DNA of 64,000 nt from Nanobdellota archaeon (GCA_042576705.1 JBHPEY010000001.1:1045-65044); one strand, 5' to 3'; shown: positions 44,594-53,868, counted from the first letter of the stretch. Translations and numbers: made by a program. Notes: generated by a model not told the origin, from the letters alone.

Positions 44594-45760
44594 ATGCCAG
44601 AAGAGAAGGAAAAGACCACGCAAGGGGATGCCATGCTCAAGTTATACATGACTGATGTAGGTGACTTTCCAGTCCTTCGCCGTGCGGAAGAGGTGGCACT
44701 GGCAAAGAAGATAGAGGATAGACACATGCGGTTGGTGTTTGATTTCTGCAGCTATCGGGGCCGGACAACACCTAGTTTTCCAGGCCTCTCTGTGCTGGAG
44801 GTCTCGTTGAGCAAAGCGTTTGAGGATGAAGGACAGCATCAGAGGTACAAGAATCTCAAGCGAAGGCTCGACTACAAGAAAAGGAAGTCTAATCTTGAAC
44901 AGATCTCAGCAGAGATATTCGCAATGATCCCTGAGCACCGCATCGAGATAGTCAGGTCTGCTGCAGAGTACGTGGTAAGGCATGATCAGGTAAACCACGA
45001 GCTTGTCAAGAGTTTGAGGGGCGACCTGAAAGCAGCATACAGTAGACGGAATGAGTTCGCGCAGTGCAACCTCAAGTATGTCATATCAATCGCAAAGAGG
45101 TTCCAGGGACGGGGCATTCTTCTGAAGGACCTTATCCAGGAGGGTAACATCGGCCTGCTGAAAGGCATCGACAGGTTCGATTACCGACTAGGATACAAGT
45201 TCTCAACATACGCGGCGTGGTGGATACGGCATGCGATGGGCAGGGCAATCGCAGACAAGGCACGTGCAGTGCGGCTTCCAGTCTATGTGACTGACTACCT
45301 GAACGACTGCAGGACCCATTATGGCAGACAGTTCAAGGCCCTGGGGAGGATTCCAACACCATATGAGGTGGTGGAAAGCATGATTGAAGGCAAACCCACC
45401 CAGAGACAGATCGACAAGTACATCGAGATGATGCAGGTCCCTACTGTCTACTCGTATGACGAGCCTGTCAATGACGAGGTTGGACATAGCTTCATGGACT
45501 TCCTTGGCGACACGTCTTTTGAGCATACTGTTGATGACATAGCCACGCAAGAGCTGTTCCAGAAAGTAAGAGCTGTGATGTCCAAAGTCCTCACATCCCG
45601 TGAGCGGGAGGTGTTGGAGAAACGGTACCTGCTCGATGAACCTCAGACCCTGAAACAGATAGCGCAGGTCTATGATCTCAGCAGGGAAAGGATACGGCAG
45701 CTGCAGGAGATAGCCCTTGAAAAGGTAAGGCGAAGGATGACAGGGTATAATATGAATTGA
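44594..45760 (+). CDS. bacterial-type RNA polymerase sigma-70 family factor (regions 1.2, 2, 3, 4)
   Basis: Region 1.2 is LKLYMTDVGDFPVLRRAEEVALAKKIE. Region 2 is NLKYVISIAKRFQGRGILLKDLIQEGNIGLLKGIDRFDYRLGYKFSTYAAWWIRHAMGRAIADKARAVRLPVYV. Region 4.2 is LTSREREVLEKRYLLDEPQTLKQIAQVYDLSRERIRQLQEIALEKVRR. The track start at 44585 is GTG. Confidence 0.9.
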   Translation: MPEEKEKTTQGDAMLKLYMTDVGDFPVLRRAEEVALAKKIEDRHMRLVFDFCSYRGRTTPSFPGLSVLEVSLSKAFEDEGQHQRYKNLKRRLDYKKRKSNLEQISAEIFAMIPEHRIEIVRSAAEYVVRHDQVNHELVKSLRGDLKAAYSRRNEFAQCNLKYVISIAKRFQGRGILLKDLIQEGNIGLLKGIDRFDYRLGYKFSTYAAWWIRHAMGRAIADKARAVRLPVYVTDYLNDCRTHYGRQFKALGRIPTPYEVVESMIEGKPTQRQIDKYIEMMQVPTVYSYDEPVNDEVGHSFMDFLGDTSFEHTVDDIATQELFQKVRAVMSKVLTSREREVLEKRYLLDEPQTLKQIAQVYDLSRERIRQLQEIALEKVRRRMTGYNMN

Positions 45761-45824
45761 CTATTTCTTTCAAAGCCGCTGTTCCAAGCATTTTTTGGGA
45801 AATATTTAAAAATGAAACTCTCTT

Positions 45825-46043
45825 ATGCAGTATAAAATGCGGCAGAGCACTGAACAACAGTATGAAACACATCTTGAGATTATGCTGGGAATGGTCAAAC
45901 AGACCCGGAAGCAATCTCCAGAAGCGTGCAGGCTTTATGATCGGCTTGTGCGGAGCAATATAGATAATGCGCGCGAAAGAGGATATTCTTCTTTGGCAGA
46001 CATGTATGTCCCGCTGTTCCAGCAGCAGGGGATTGACATCTGA
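45825..46043 (+). CDS. small hypothetical protein downstream of sigma70-like gene
   Basis: This is a 72-aa, helical-looking ORF on the same strand, between the sigma and UvrD-like genes. I recognise no motif. Confidence 0.4.
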   Translation: MQYKMRQSTEQQYETHLEIMLGMVKQTRKQSPEACRLYDRLVRSNIDNARERGYSSLADMYVPLFQQQGIDI

Positions 46044-46105
46044 AACGGAATGATTCCGACACAAACACCGCAATATTCTTAAACAGGTGTTTTTTTCTTA
46101 TCAGC

Positions 46106-48229
46106 ATGGTTTCTGAAAAAGAGCTGGATTATCTTTTTGTACTTAAAGGGCTCAATGAGATACCTTTCTGTGTAGGTCGTAAGCTGCTGATTGATTTCCT
46201 GCGGGGAGATGATTCCAATGACTCTGTGAAGAAGAATAAATTGCATAGGCTCGAGCATTTCGGCAGCATGGCGTATGAGAAAGATGAGATTGAAGAGATG
46301 ATTGACTCTCTGTTGTTGAATGACATGATACATCTTGCTTCTGTGAATGCCAATAGGTTCTGGAAGGTGATGGAGCTTACATTGAAGGGGAAGAATGAGA
46401 TAGAATCCCCTTCCCTGTACAAGCGGAAGCTTGCGTATAATTACAAGGAGGTCGAGACCATCATCACTGATGCTGAGCGGAAGGTGTTTTCTGCGCTTGA
46501 TGGTTTTCTTGGCCGTTATAATGACGCGCAGAAGAAGGCTGTTGTGAGTGGTGCTAAGGAGATGCTGTGCATCGCAGGGGCTGGATCCGGGAAGACAACT
46601 GTGCTGACCAAGAGGATAGAGTTTCTCGTGAAATACAGGAGCGTCTCTCCGTCGAAGATACTTGCGATAACCTTTACAAGGAAGGCGCGGCAGGAGATGA
46701 TGAGCCGGTTGGGGGCTTATGGCGGTCTTGATGATGTGATGGTGGAGACTTTCAACTCGTTCTGCGAGAAGATGCTTAGACGTCATAATGATCTTGTGTA
46801 TGACAAGCCTGTGCGGGTAATCTCGTATCGTGATAAGTTGACTATCATCAATAAGGCCCTTTCGTCTTTGGATATGAATATCAATCGTGCTATCAATATC
46901 TATTTTTCCCAGGCTCAGCAGAGGAGCAAGACACAGGAGCAATTGGCGAACATATTCATGAATGACTGTTTCTTTATCAGGGATTACTTCAAGTTCAAGA
47001 ACAATCCTGTGGAGTTGAGCTCTTTTGAGGTTCTGGATCTAGAAAATGGCAAGATGGTGAAGCTTGTCATCGGGGTGTGTCGTCATATTGAGAAGTACAT
47101 GCGGGATAAGGGCCTGCGTGATTTTGCGGATCAATTGCTGGATACAATGACGCTGTTTTCGACGCATCCTGAATTGATACCTTCTTTTTCCCATGTGTTG
47201 ATCGATGAATACCAGGACGTGAACTCAACACAGATTGAGTTCGTCGATATGCTCGCTCCACCTAATGTGTTCTGTGTGGGTGACCCTCGGCAGTCTATCT
47301 ATGGTTGGCGCGGGAGTGATGTGCGGTACATATTGAATTTTGAGGATAAGTATCCTGATTCGGAGATCGTGACATTGACCAAAAACTATCGTTCTACAAA
47401 ACATATCGTCGATCTGATCAATCTGTCCATAAAGAACATGAGGCTTGCTGATCTTGAGTCATCTGTCGAGGGTGGGAAGGATATTAAATTACTTACTTTC
47501 GGTTCTGAGGATGCAGAGTTCGAGTTTGTCGTGCAACGGGTGCTTGCCGCGGATGTGCCGCGCAATGAGGTATTTGTTCTTGCGCGTACCAATCGGCAAT
47601 TGAATGATCTTTCTAATGTGATGAAGATGAGAGGGATATCTCATGTTGTCAGGAGTGATGAGGTAAAGAGGACTGTTGTCGCTGGCGAGGGTGATGTTAC
47701 ACTTGCTACGGTGCATGCAATCAAGGGCCTTGAGGCGCGGATGGTGTTTGTGATCGGTGCCAATGGGATGAATTTTCCCTGCAAAGGTTCTGAGCATCCT
47801 ATCATGGAGATGGTCAAGGTCGAGGAGTATGACAAGGAAGAGGAGGAGCGGCGGTTGTTCTATGTCGCTATGAGCCGTGCGCGTGAGAGCCTTTATCTGA
47901 CTTATTCTGGTAAGAGACCTACTAGTTTTGTTACGAAAGAGATGTATGATGTTCTCGAGGAGAAAAGAGTTGATGTCTCGCCTGCTGCTGTCAAGGTGAA
48001 TGTGCAGAAAGGGATGACAGGGGATGTTCTTGGTCGGTTGAAGGAATGGCGTCTTGGGGTGAGTAAAGAGAATGGTGTTCCGGCTTTCATGGTTATGCAT
48101 GACAGGACGTTGTTGGATATGGCGCAGAAGATGCCGATGTCAAAGGATGATCTTTCTGATGTGCATGGGTTGGGTCCTGCTAAAATCATGAAATATGGGG
48201 AAGAATTATTGAAAATAATTAGCTGCTGA
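46106..48229 (+). CDS. UvrD/PcrA-family SF1 DNA helicase with N-terminal winged-helix-like and C-terminal HRDC-like domains
   Basis: Helicase motifs are AGAGSGKTTVL, DEYQDVN, GDPRQSIYGWRGS, LTKNYRS, TVHAIKGLEA and LFYVAMSRARESL. The C-terminal AFMVMHDRTLLDMAQKMPMSKDDLSDVHGLGPAKIMKYGEELL has the HRDC pattern. Confidence 0.9.
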   Translation: MVSEKELDYLFVLKGLNEIPFCVGRKLLIDFLRGDDSNDSVKKNKLHRLEHFGSMAYEKDEIEEMIDSLLLNDMIHLASVNANRFWKVMELTLKGKNEIESPSLYKRKLAYNYKEVETIITDAERKVFSALDGFLGRYNDAQKKAVVSGAKEMLCIAGAGSGKTTVLTKRIEFLVKYRSVSPSKILAITFTRKARQEMMSRLGAYGGLDDVMVETFNSFCEKMLRRHNDLVYDKPVRVISYRDKLTIINKALSSLDMNINRAINIYFSQAQQRSKTQEQLANIFMNDCFFIRDYFKFKNNPVELSSFEVLDLENGKMVKLVIGVCRHIEKYMRDKGLRDFADQLLDTMTLFSTHPELIPSFSHVLIDEYQDVNSTQIEFVDMLAPPNVFCVGDPRQSIYGWRGSDVRYILNFEDKYPDSEIVTLTKNYRSTKHIVDLINLSIKNMRLADLESSVEGGKDIKLLTFGSEDAEFEFVVQRVLAADVPRNEVFVLARTNRQLNDLSNVMKMRGISHVVRSDEVKRTVVAGEGDVTLATVHAIKGLEARMVFVIGANGMNFPCKGSEHPIMEMVKVEEYDKEEEERRLFYVAMSRARESLYLTYSGKRPTSFVTKEMYDVLEEKRVDVSPAAVKVNVQKGMTGDVLGRLKEWRLGVSKENGVPAFMVMHDRTLLDMAQKMPMSKDDLSDVHGLGPAKIMKYGEELLKIISC

Positions 48230-48230
48230 A

Positions 48231-48647
48231 TCAGATTATCAGCAGGTCTCGGTATTTTACCCTTCTCACTTCTCTCTTGGAATCCTCCACAGTTATCCTC
48301 ACGTCATAGATACCAGGCACTGTGTCGAGCGGGACGTCGAAATATAATGTCTCTGTGCGGGGTTCGTCCTTGTACTTTGTCGGGCCTGCGGTCTCGTAGA
48401 TGCCGAGTTCCCAGATCTCCAGGGAGATGCGGACCTTGAATAGGGTCTCGTCTTCTGCTGCCAGGTTGATGCGCAGGGCTGCAGTGTCTCCTGGACGGAG
48501 GATATCGTTCTCGAACATTATGCTGCCGAGGTCCACGTCGTATATGTTCTCAGTGCGCTTTGTCTCGAAAGAATATGCTATCGCTGATGATGCCAGTGAG
48601 ACTAGAAGCAGGGAAATAATGCTTATCAAGATACACCTTTTTTTCAT
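48231..48647 (-). CDS. small secreted beta-rich protein, hypothetical
   Basis: The internal Met start gives the signal MKKRCILISIISLLLVSLASSAIA. Confidence 0.55.
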   Translation of the reverse strand: MKKRCILISIISLLLVSLASSAIAYSFETKRTENIYDVDLGSIMFENDILRPGDTAALRINLAAEDETLFKVRISLEIWELGIYETAGPTKYKDEPRTETLYFDVPLDTVPGIYDVRITVEDSKREVRRVKYRDLLII

Positions 48648-48737
48648 GTCAACCACCTCTGATGTGTCTATTATGCGTTTCTTGGTATAAAAATATTCTG
48701 ATTTGTTCTTAAACACCGGATTGCGGTGTGCGTTAGA

Positions 48738-48745
48738 TTTATAAA
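48738..48745 (+). promoter_or_regulatory. TATA-box candidate for the PPIase gene
   Basis: TTTATAAA is centred about 26 nt upstream of the ATG at 48768. Confidence 0.45.
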
Positions 48746-48767
48746 TGAATAATCGTCTGGATGGTCC

Positions 48768-49541
48768 ATGAAACTCACAATCAAGAAGAGGACATTGAAG
48801 TTCCTGGTGATAGCGGTCCTTGTTTTTTTTGTTGCGATACTGCTGTACAGGATGGCTGGCACGGATCAGGATGATGCTGTGACTGAGACAGAGACAAAGA
48901 AGGCTGAGGCCGAGACAGAGAAGGCTGTTGAAGTGGCGGATGAAGAGGTAGTTGAAGAGGAAGCAGAGGCTAAGAGTGAGGTCGATGCTGAAGAAGAGAC
49001 TGAAAATGAGGCTGCGGTCGAGACAGATACTGAGGCAGCTTCCGAGGATAAAGCTGAATCAAAGGAGGATACTAAAATGAGTTCAGGAAAGAAAGTGCTT
49101 ATGAAGACCAGCATGGGAGATATCACCATCGAGCTGGCTGATGACATGCCCATAACCGCAGGCAATTTCGAGAAGCTTGTCGGCGAAGGGTTCTATGATG
49201 GGGTAGTGTTCCACCGCATCATCGAAGGTTTCATGATACAGGGCGGTGACCCTACAGGGACAGGGACCGGCGGTCCAGGGTACAAGATAAAGGATGAGTT
49301 TTCCGATGACAACAGGAATGAGCGTGGAACGTTGTCGATGGCTAATGCTGGGCCCAATACAGGAGGGAGTCAGTTCTTCATCAACCTGGTGGACAACAAG
49401 TTCCTGGATACAAAGCATCCTGTGTTCGGCAAGGTTGTCGAGGGAATGGATGTTGTCGACAAGATGGCAAAGGTCGAGAAGGGGTCAGGAGACCGGCCTG
49501 TTGAGGATGTGAAGATCATCAAGGCAGAGATGATAGAGTGA
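48768..49541 (+). CDS. membrane-anchored cyclophilin-type peptidyl-prolyl isomerase
   Basis: An N-terminal TM segment (FLVIAVLVFFVAILLY) and an acidic E/A/T linker precede the cyclophilin core FHRIIEGFMIQGGDPTGTGTGGPGY...SMANAGPNTGGSQFFI. Confidence 0.9.
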   Translation: MKLTIKKRTLKFLVIAVLVFFVAILLYRMAGTDQDDAVTETETKKAEAETEKAVEVADEEVVEEEAEAKSEVDAEEETENEAAVETDTEAASEDKAESKEDTKMSSGKKVLMKTSMGDITIELADDMPITAGNFEKLVGEGFYDGVVFHRIIEGFMIQGGDPTGTGTGGPGYKIKDEFSDDNRNERGTLSMANAGPNTGGSQFFINLVDNKFLDTKHPVFGKVVEGMDVVDKMAKVEKGSGDRPVEDVKIIKAEMIE

Positions 49542-49555
49542 AGAAATAGAAAAGA

Positions 49556-49849
49556 TTATTCTTCAAGACCCAAAATCTTTTTCTTCTTTATCCTTAATTC
49601 TGCTATCTTGTTACGCAGTTCTTCTTTCCGCTTACGGTTCTCTACAAGCTCATCATAGAGCTCCTTGTTCTTGTCTATCGATTGCCTGTATAGTACGTTC
49701 GTGTCTCTTATCTCCTGCTTTACCTGGTCAAGTTCGTTCACATCAATGGTCCTTACAGGATTTATCTTGCGATGCTCTAATATCTCTGCAGGGTTGAGCT
49801 TGCCTTCCTGGACAAGCTTCTTCTCTTCTTTTGTCAATGTTATTCCCAT
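49556..49849 (-). CDS. small coiled-coil protein, hypothetical
   Basis: This is a 97-aa K/E-rich heptad-like sequence. Confidence 0.45.
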   Translation of the reverse strand: MGITLTKEEKKLVQEGKLNPAEILEHRKINPVRTIDVNELDQVKQEIRDTNVLYRQSIDKNKELYDELVENRKRKEELRNKIAELRIKKKKILGLEE

Positions 49850-49946
49850 ATTATCACCTTTTTGAGTCGTATACAGGTTTCAACCAAGCAGTTTTATATA
49901 AATGTTTGTCAAGGAAATATGCAAAAGATTTTTAAATCCTGCCTGT

Positions 49947-50246
49947 ATGGGGGCCATCATGAAAAAGATTCACCAGGCACTGATCGTCTCTGCAGTCGTC
50001 ATCGCAGTACCTTTGGTATTCTCACTCCTTTTCTCACCAGGCTCTTGCGATGTGACAGGCATGTGGTTCTCATCGCTCTCCTGCGAGAACCAGGCAGTGC
50101 AGTCTGATGCAGGGCTTGAGTCTGTCACCGGGAGTCTTATCGGGTGGAACTCAGTAGCGAAATATGTCCTGCCAGGGTTGTTTGTCTCTGTCGTGCTTGC
50201 GCTGCTGATATACCAGTTCGCTACGCGAAATAAGAATGACCAGTGA
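49947..50246 (+). CDS. small two-TM membrane protein, hypothetical
   Basis: MGAIMKKIHQALIVSAVVIAVPLVFSLLF is followed by a C-terminal TM segment LPGLFVSVVLALLIY. The start is ambiguous (49947 or 49959). Confidence 0.45.
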   Translation: MGAIMKKIHQALIVSAVVIAVPLVFSLLFSPGSCDVTGMWFSSLSCENQAVQSDAGLESVTGSLIGWNSVAKYVLPGLFVSVVLALLIYQFATRNKNDQ

Positions 50247-50247
50247 T

Positions 50248-51615
50248 CTATCTCTTTGACAGGACAAGCAGGTGCTCCCTGAAGAAATTCATGTTCTTGG
50301 AGACCTTGTTTATGTTCTCTAATGTCCGCTTGTATCTTCCGCGGAAATCATTAGCATCTTCTTTTGTCATTCCCTCGCTGACCTCATACTCTATGCTCTC
50401 GTCGAGAATCGTACGTTTAGTCTCTGTTATCTTGGTGATGCAGAACTCTTCAGGGTTGTTGTAGACAGGACTGCCTTTCTGGAGACCGAATATCGCTGTG
50501 GAGACCAGGTCGATGTGCGCTTCGTTACCCTTTAACCAATCTATTGTGGTGATGGCTTCTTCTTCTGTCTCTGTCGGAAAGCCTAAGATTATGTATGTGA
50601 CATTTGTTATGCCTGCTTTGTGGGACGCTCGGATGACCTTTGTGGCATCTTCAATGTTCGTGCCTTTGCGCATCAGCTTGAGCACGCGGTCTGATGCAGA
50701 CTCTACACCCCACGTCACCACATTCAGTCCTGAGTCGTGCAGGGTCTTCAATGTCTCCTCGTCGAGATCTATTGTCGGCTTAAGCTGACACGACCAGGTT
50801 ATCCCCAGCGGTCCGAACACCTCTGCAATCTCGAGCAGGCGCTGTCTGTGAATCATGTCGTCGACAAGGAATATGTTTTTCTGCCCTGAATTGACTATCG
50901 ACTCCTTTATGTTCTTCAGAGAGAATTCGAAATAAGGGCTTCCTGTGTGATGTGTGCAGAATGCACACTTCTGATAGTAACAGGTGTTTGATGCGCGGAT
51001 CGGGATGACTGGTTCTGGTGTAAAGTAATCATCCATGTTGTAGATGTTGTAGTCAAGTACAGTGCTAAAGTTTAAAGTGTTGTGCTCTATAGGCTTTCCT
51101 ACGATGAAACTCAGGAGCTCGAGTTCATTTCCCAGTGGTGTCGCTACAGTCTTCAGCTTATCATTGATAGCAGGTCCTCCTATCACTGTCTTGATGCCTC
51201 TTTTGCTGAGTTCTTTCAGAAGTGAGTATGCAAAGAAGCATTGGGATGAGTAGACAATGCTGAAAGCCACCATGTCTGGTTTTCCTGCCAATATCGTATC
51301 AAGCAATTCATCGAATAACTCAGGTCTCCCTCCTTCTACCACGTTTTTGTTGTTCCGGGAATATGTCTGCTTGGATACTTTCTTGTAATCATTTGTTATA
51401 TTATCGTATTTTTTTGTATCATAGTTTTTTAGCATCTTCTGGTAGTACTTCTGCTGCTCCGGGAACATTCGCTTGTGGAACTCTATATTGAGATCCAGCA
51501 CCTCTATGGTGTGCTCTTCAGGGAGGTTGTTCTTGAGAAATGCATGTATGTTGGTGATGGAGTACGGCGGCGAGGCTGGTGTACAGAATGGCGGGTATAT
51601 TAGTAATGTTTTCAT
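50248..51615 (-). CDS. B12-binding-domain radical SAM protein
   Basis: The N-terminal Rossmann-like B12-binding pattern is MKTLLIYPP...PDMVAFSIVYS. The Cys cluster is CYYQKCAFC, followed by TIM-barrel-type radical SAM motifs. Confidence 0.75.
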   Translation of the reverse strand: MKTLLIYPPFCTPASPPYSITNIHAFLKNNLPEEHTIEVLDLNIEFHKRMFPEQQKYYQKMLKNYDTKKYDNITNDYKKVSKQTYSRNNKNVVEGGRPELFDELLDTILAGKPDMVAFSIVYSSQCFFAYSLLKELSKRGIKTVIGGPAINDKLKTVATPLGNELELLSFIVGKPIEHNTLNFSTVLDYNIYNMDDYFTPEPVIPIRASNTCYYQKCAFCTHHTGSPYFEFSLKNIKESIVNSGQKNIFLVDDMIHRQRLLEIAEVFGPLGITWSCQLKPTIDLDEETLKTLHDSGLNVVTWGVESASDRVLKLMRKGTNIEDATKVIRASHKAGITNVTYIILGFPTETEEEAITTIDWLKGNEAHIDLVSTAIFGLQKGSPVYNNPEEFCITKITETKRTILDESIEYEVSEGMTKEDANDFRGRYKRTLENINKVSKNMNFFREHLLVLSKR

Positions 51616-51684
51616 GCTTTCTGGGAGAAGGGAAATTTATTTAAGGGTTGCGGCTATTGCGACTGTGTAAAAGGTGGTGACCTT

Positions 51685-52080
51685 ATGACATCAAATGCTC
51701 TTATCGCAATATCATCTGTGGGAATAATTCTCGCAGTGTATCTTCTTTATGTGGAGTATAAGCTCAAGAAGAACAGCAGTTATCATGCAGTGTGCGACAT
51801 ATCTGCAAAGGTATCATGCACCGGGACGGTGACTACAAAGTACGCTAACATGTTCAAGATGTCCAACGCGCTGGTCGGGCTTGTGTTCTACACTGTCGTC
51901 CTTGCGCTGTCGCTCATCGACCAGGCAAGGCTCGCGTTCTATATCTCAGTGCCTGCTGTGCTGTTCACGCTGTACCTGATATACCTGACGTATTTCAGGC
52001 TCAAGAAGTACTGCATTGTGTGCCATGCGACGTATGTTGTGAATGTGCTCATCCTTGTCGTGAGTTATCTTAACAACTAA
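51685..52080 (+). CDS. vitamin K epoxide reductase (VKOR) family protein
   Basis: It has four TM helices, the loop cysteine pair CDISAKVSC and the active-site CIVC in the last helix. Confidence 0.75.
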   Translation: MTSNALIAISSVGIILAVYLLYVEYKLKKNSSYHAVCDISAKVSCTGTVTTKYANMFKMSNALVGLVFYTVVLALSLIDQARLAFYISVPAVLFTLYLIYLTYFRLKKYCIVCHATYVVNVLILVVSYLNN

Positions 52081-52124
52081 GGATGGACAGACACATAAAA
52101 AAGAAGAAAAAAATACTGAAATAA

Positions 52125-53534
52125 TTACTCTGCATTGGCAGTCCGCCAGTTACTTATTTTCTTACCGTCGTCCTGGTTCTCGAAGTCAAAACCGCCTTTG
52201 GGTGGTTCGCTGCGTCGCTCACCACTGTCAAACCTTCTACTAGGTCCTCCCCGTCCATCACTGCGGCTCATCCTCTGTCCGCCGAATCCTGAAGATCTAC
52301 CGCTGTCGCGTCTGCCGCTCATTGGAGGGCGATCATTGTCACGACGCTGTGGCCTGTTGCCTCCACCGTAGTTCTGCCTGTTGAACCTGCCTGGTTGCCG
52401 GGTTGTACGACCAGCATCGAATTTCAGGTTCGGAAACCTGCCTGGCTGAAGCTCTTCAATATCCATGTCAGTCCTTGACAGTATGCTCCTGAAATTATCG
52501 TGGTCTGTGTCGCAAAGGAGTGTTATTGCCTTGCCTTTCTCTCCTGCTCTTGCAGTACGACCGACACGGTGCACATACTCCTGCGGATCCTGAGACAGGT
52601 CGTAATTCATCACGTGGCTGACATCCTTTATGTCAAGTCCTCTTGCAGCTACTGCTGAAGCGACCAGGATAGTGTTGTGGTTCTTGTGGAACTCCTCAAT
52701 CACTTTCATACGCTTGTTCTGCATCATCTTGCCGTGGATCATCTCTGCCTTGAACCCCTGCTTACGCAGATTGTTCGTGACTACCTCGACGGTAGACCTT
52801 GCTGAGCAGAACACTATGACACGATCGGTCTTCTCCTTCCTTAGGAGGTGGACCAGCAATGAGAACTTCTCGAACCGCTTGATGTTGTAGAAGTACTGTT
52901 CCAGATACTCATCTTTCACATATTTGTCTGCCTTTGCAGTCACAGGATCATGCATGTATTTCTTCTCAAGTGACTGTATCTCATGGGATATCGTCGCTCC
53001 GAAGAGAAGCACCTGTCGTTCATTGGAGGTCTGGCTGACTATCTTGTCAACATCCTCTATGAAACCCATGTCCACCATCTTGTCAGCCTCGTCGAGGACG
53101 ACAAATTTCACAGTGCTCAGATTGACGTTCTTCTGCTGAAGATGGTCAAGAAGCCTGCCAGGTGTGGCGACGATGATGTCTGCCTTGTTCATGCCCTGAA
53201 TCTGGGGCTCGTAACCTACACCGCCGAAGATGACTGTTATAGCCCTTGGATTGTATTTTGCGAACTTCTCGAGCTCGCCTGCAATCTGCAATGCGAGTTC
53301 GCGTATCGGTGCCATGATCAGCATCTGAATGCCCTGGCCTGGCACAATCTTCTCCAGAAGCGGTATTCCGAAAGCTGCTGTCTTGCCTGATCCTGTCTTT
53401 GACATCCCTATCAGGTCCTTGCCTTCCCTTATTGCAGGGATGGACTTCACCTGGATGCCGGTAGGCTCTATAATATCCATATCTTTTAGCGCCTTGATCA
53501 AGTCAGGTGCTATACCCATTTCTTCAAAATTCAT
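52125..53534 (-). CDS. DEAD-box RNA helicase with RGG-rich C-terminal tail
   Basis: The internal Met start gives MNFEEMGIAPDL. Motifs are PTGIQ, SKTGSGKTAAF, PIRELA, VLDEADKMV, GAT, ARGLDI and HRVGRTARAG. The tail is rich in R, G and S. Confidence 0.9.
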   Translation of the reverse strand: MNFEEMGIAPDLIKALKDMDIIEPTGIQVKSIPAIREGKDLIGMSKTGSGKTAAFGIPLLEKIVPGQGIQMLIMAPIRELALQIAGELEKFAKYNPRAITVIFGGVGYEPQIQGMNKADIIVATPGRLLDHLQQKNVNLSTVKFVVLDEADKMVDMGFIEDVDKIVSQTSNERQVLLFGATISHEIQSLEKKYMHDPVTAKADKYVKDEYLEQYFYNIKRFEKFSLLVHLLRKEKTDRVIVFCSARSTVEVVTNNLRKQGFKAEMIHGKMMQNKRMKVIEEFHKNHNTILVASAVAARGLDIKDVSHVMNYDLSQDPQEYVHRVGRTARAGEKGKAITLLCDTDHDNFRSILSRTDMDIEELQPGRFPNLKFDAGRTTRQPGRFNRQNYGGGNRPQRRDNDRPPMSGRRDSGRSSGFGGQRMSRSDGRGGPSRRFDSGERRSEPPKGGFDFENQDDGKKISNWRTANAE

Positions 53535-53868
53535 TTTTGTATCTCCTTGGAATGATACGTTACAAAACTCTCTTGTTATTGGGAACCTTTGTTCCTTAGA
53601 GGCGGCCATTTCTTTCAGCATTTTGGATGCTGCAAGCCTTGACATCGTTATGCTCTGCCAAGCGTTTGGCGCCTGAGGGTCTTCACGTTGAAACAGAATG
53701 AGTATAATGTGTTTACACCCTCTGTTTCGGCCTTCCAATTACTTATGTTTCTTAGAGTTGCTCGGTGGTTTATAAGGTTTTCGGTTTTTGTGGTGGTGCG
53801 AGCTGAAGCATAGCAAGGATGTATAGCACCAGATAGCATAATAACGCAAGGAGGGGCTGATTCATGAC

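Noticed and set aside
46079-46942. 287-aa minus-strand ORF (and 47489..48100, 203 aa) inside the UvrD-like gene
   Set aside because: The opposite strand carries a complete set of SF1 helicase motifs. The antisense ORFs are His/Leu/Arg/Ile-rich with no motifs.
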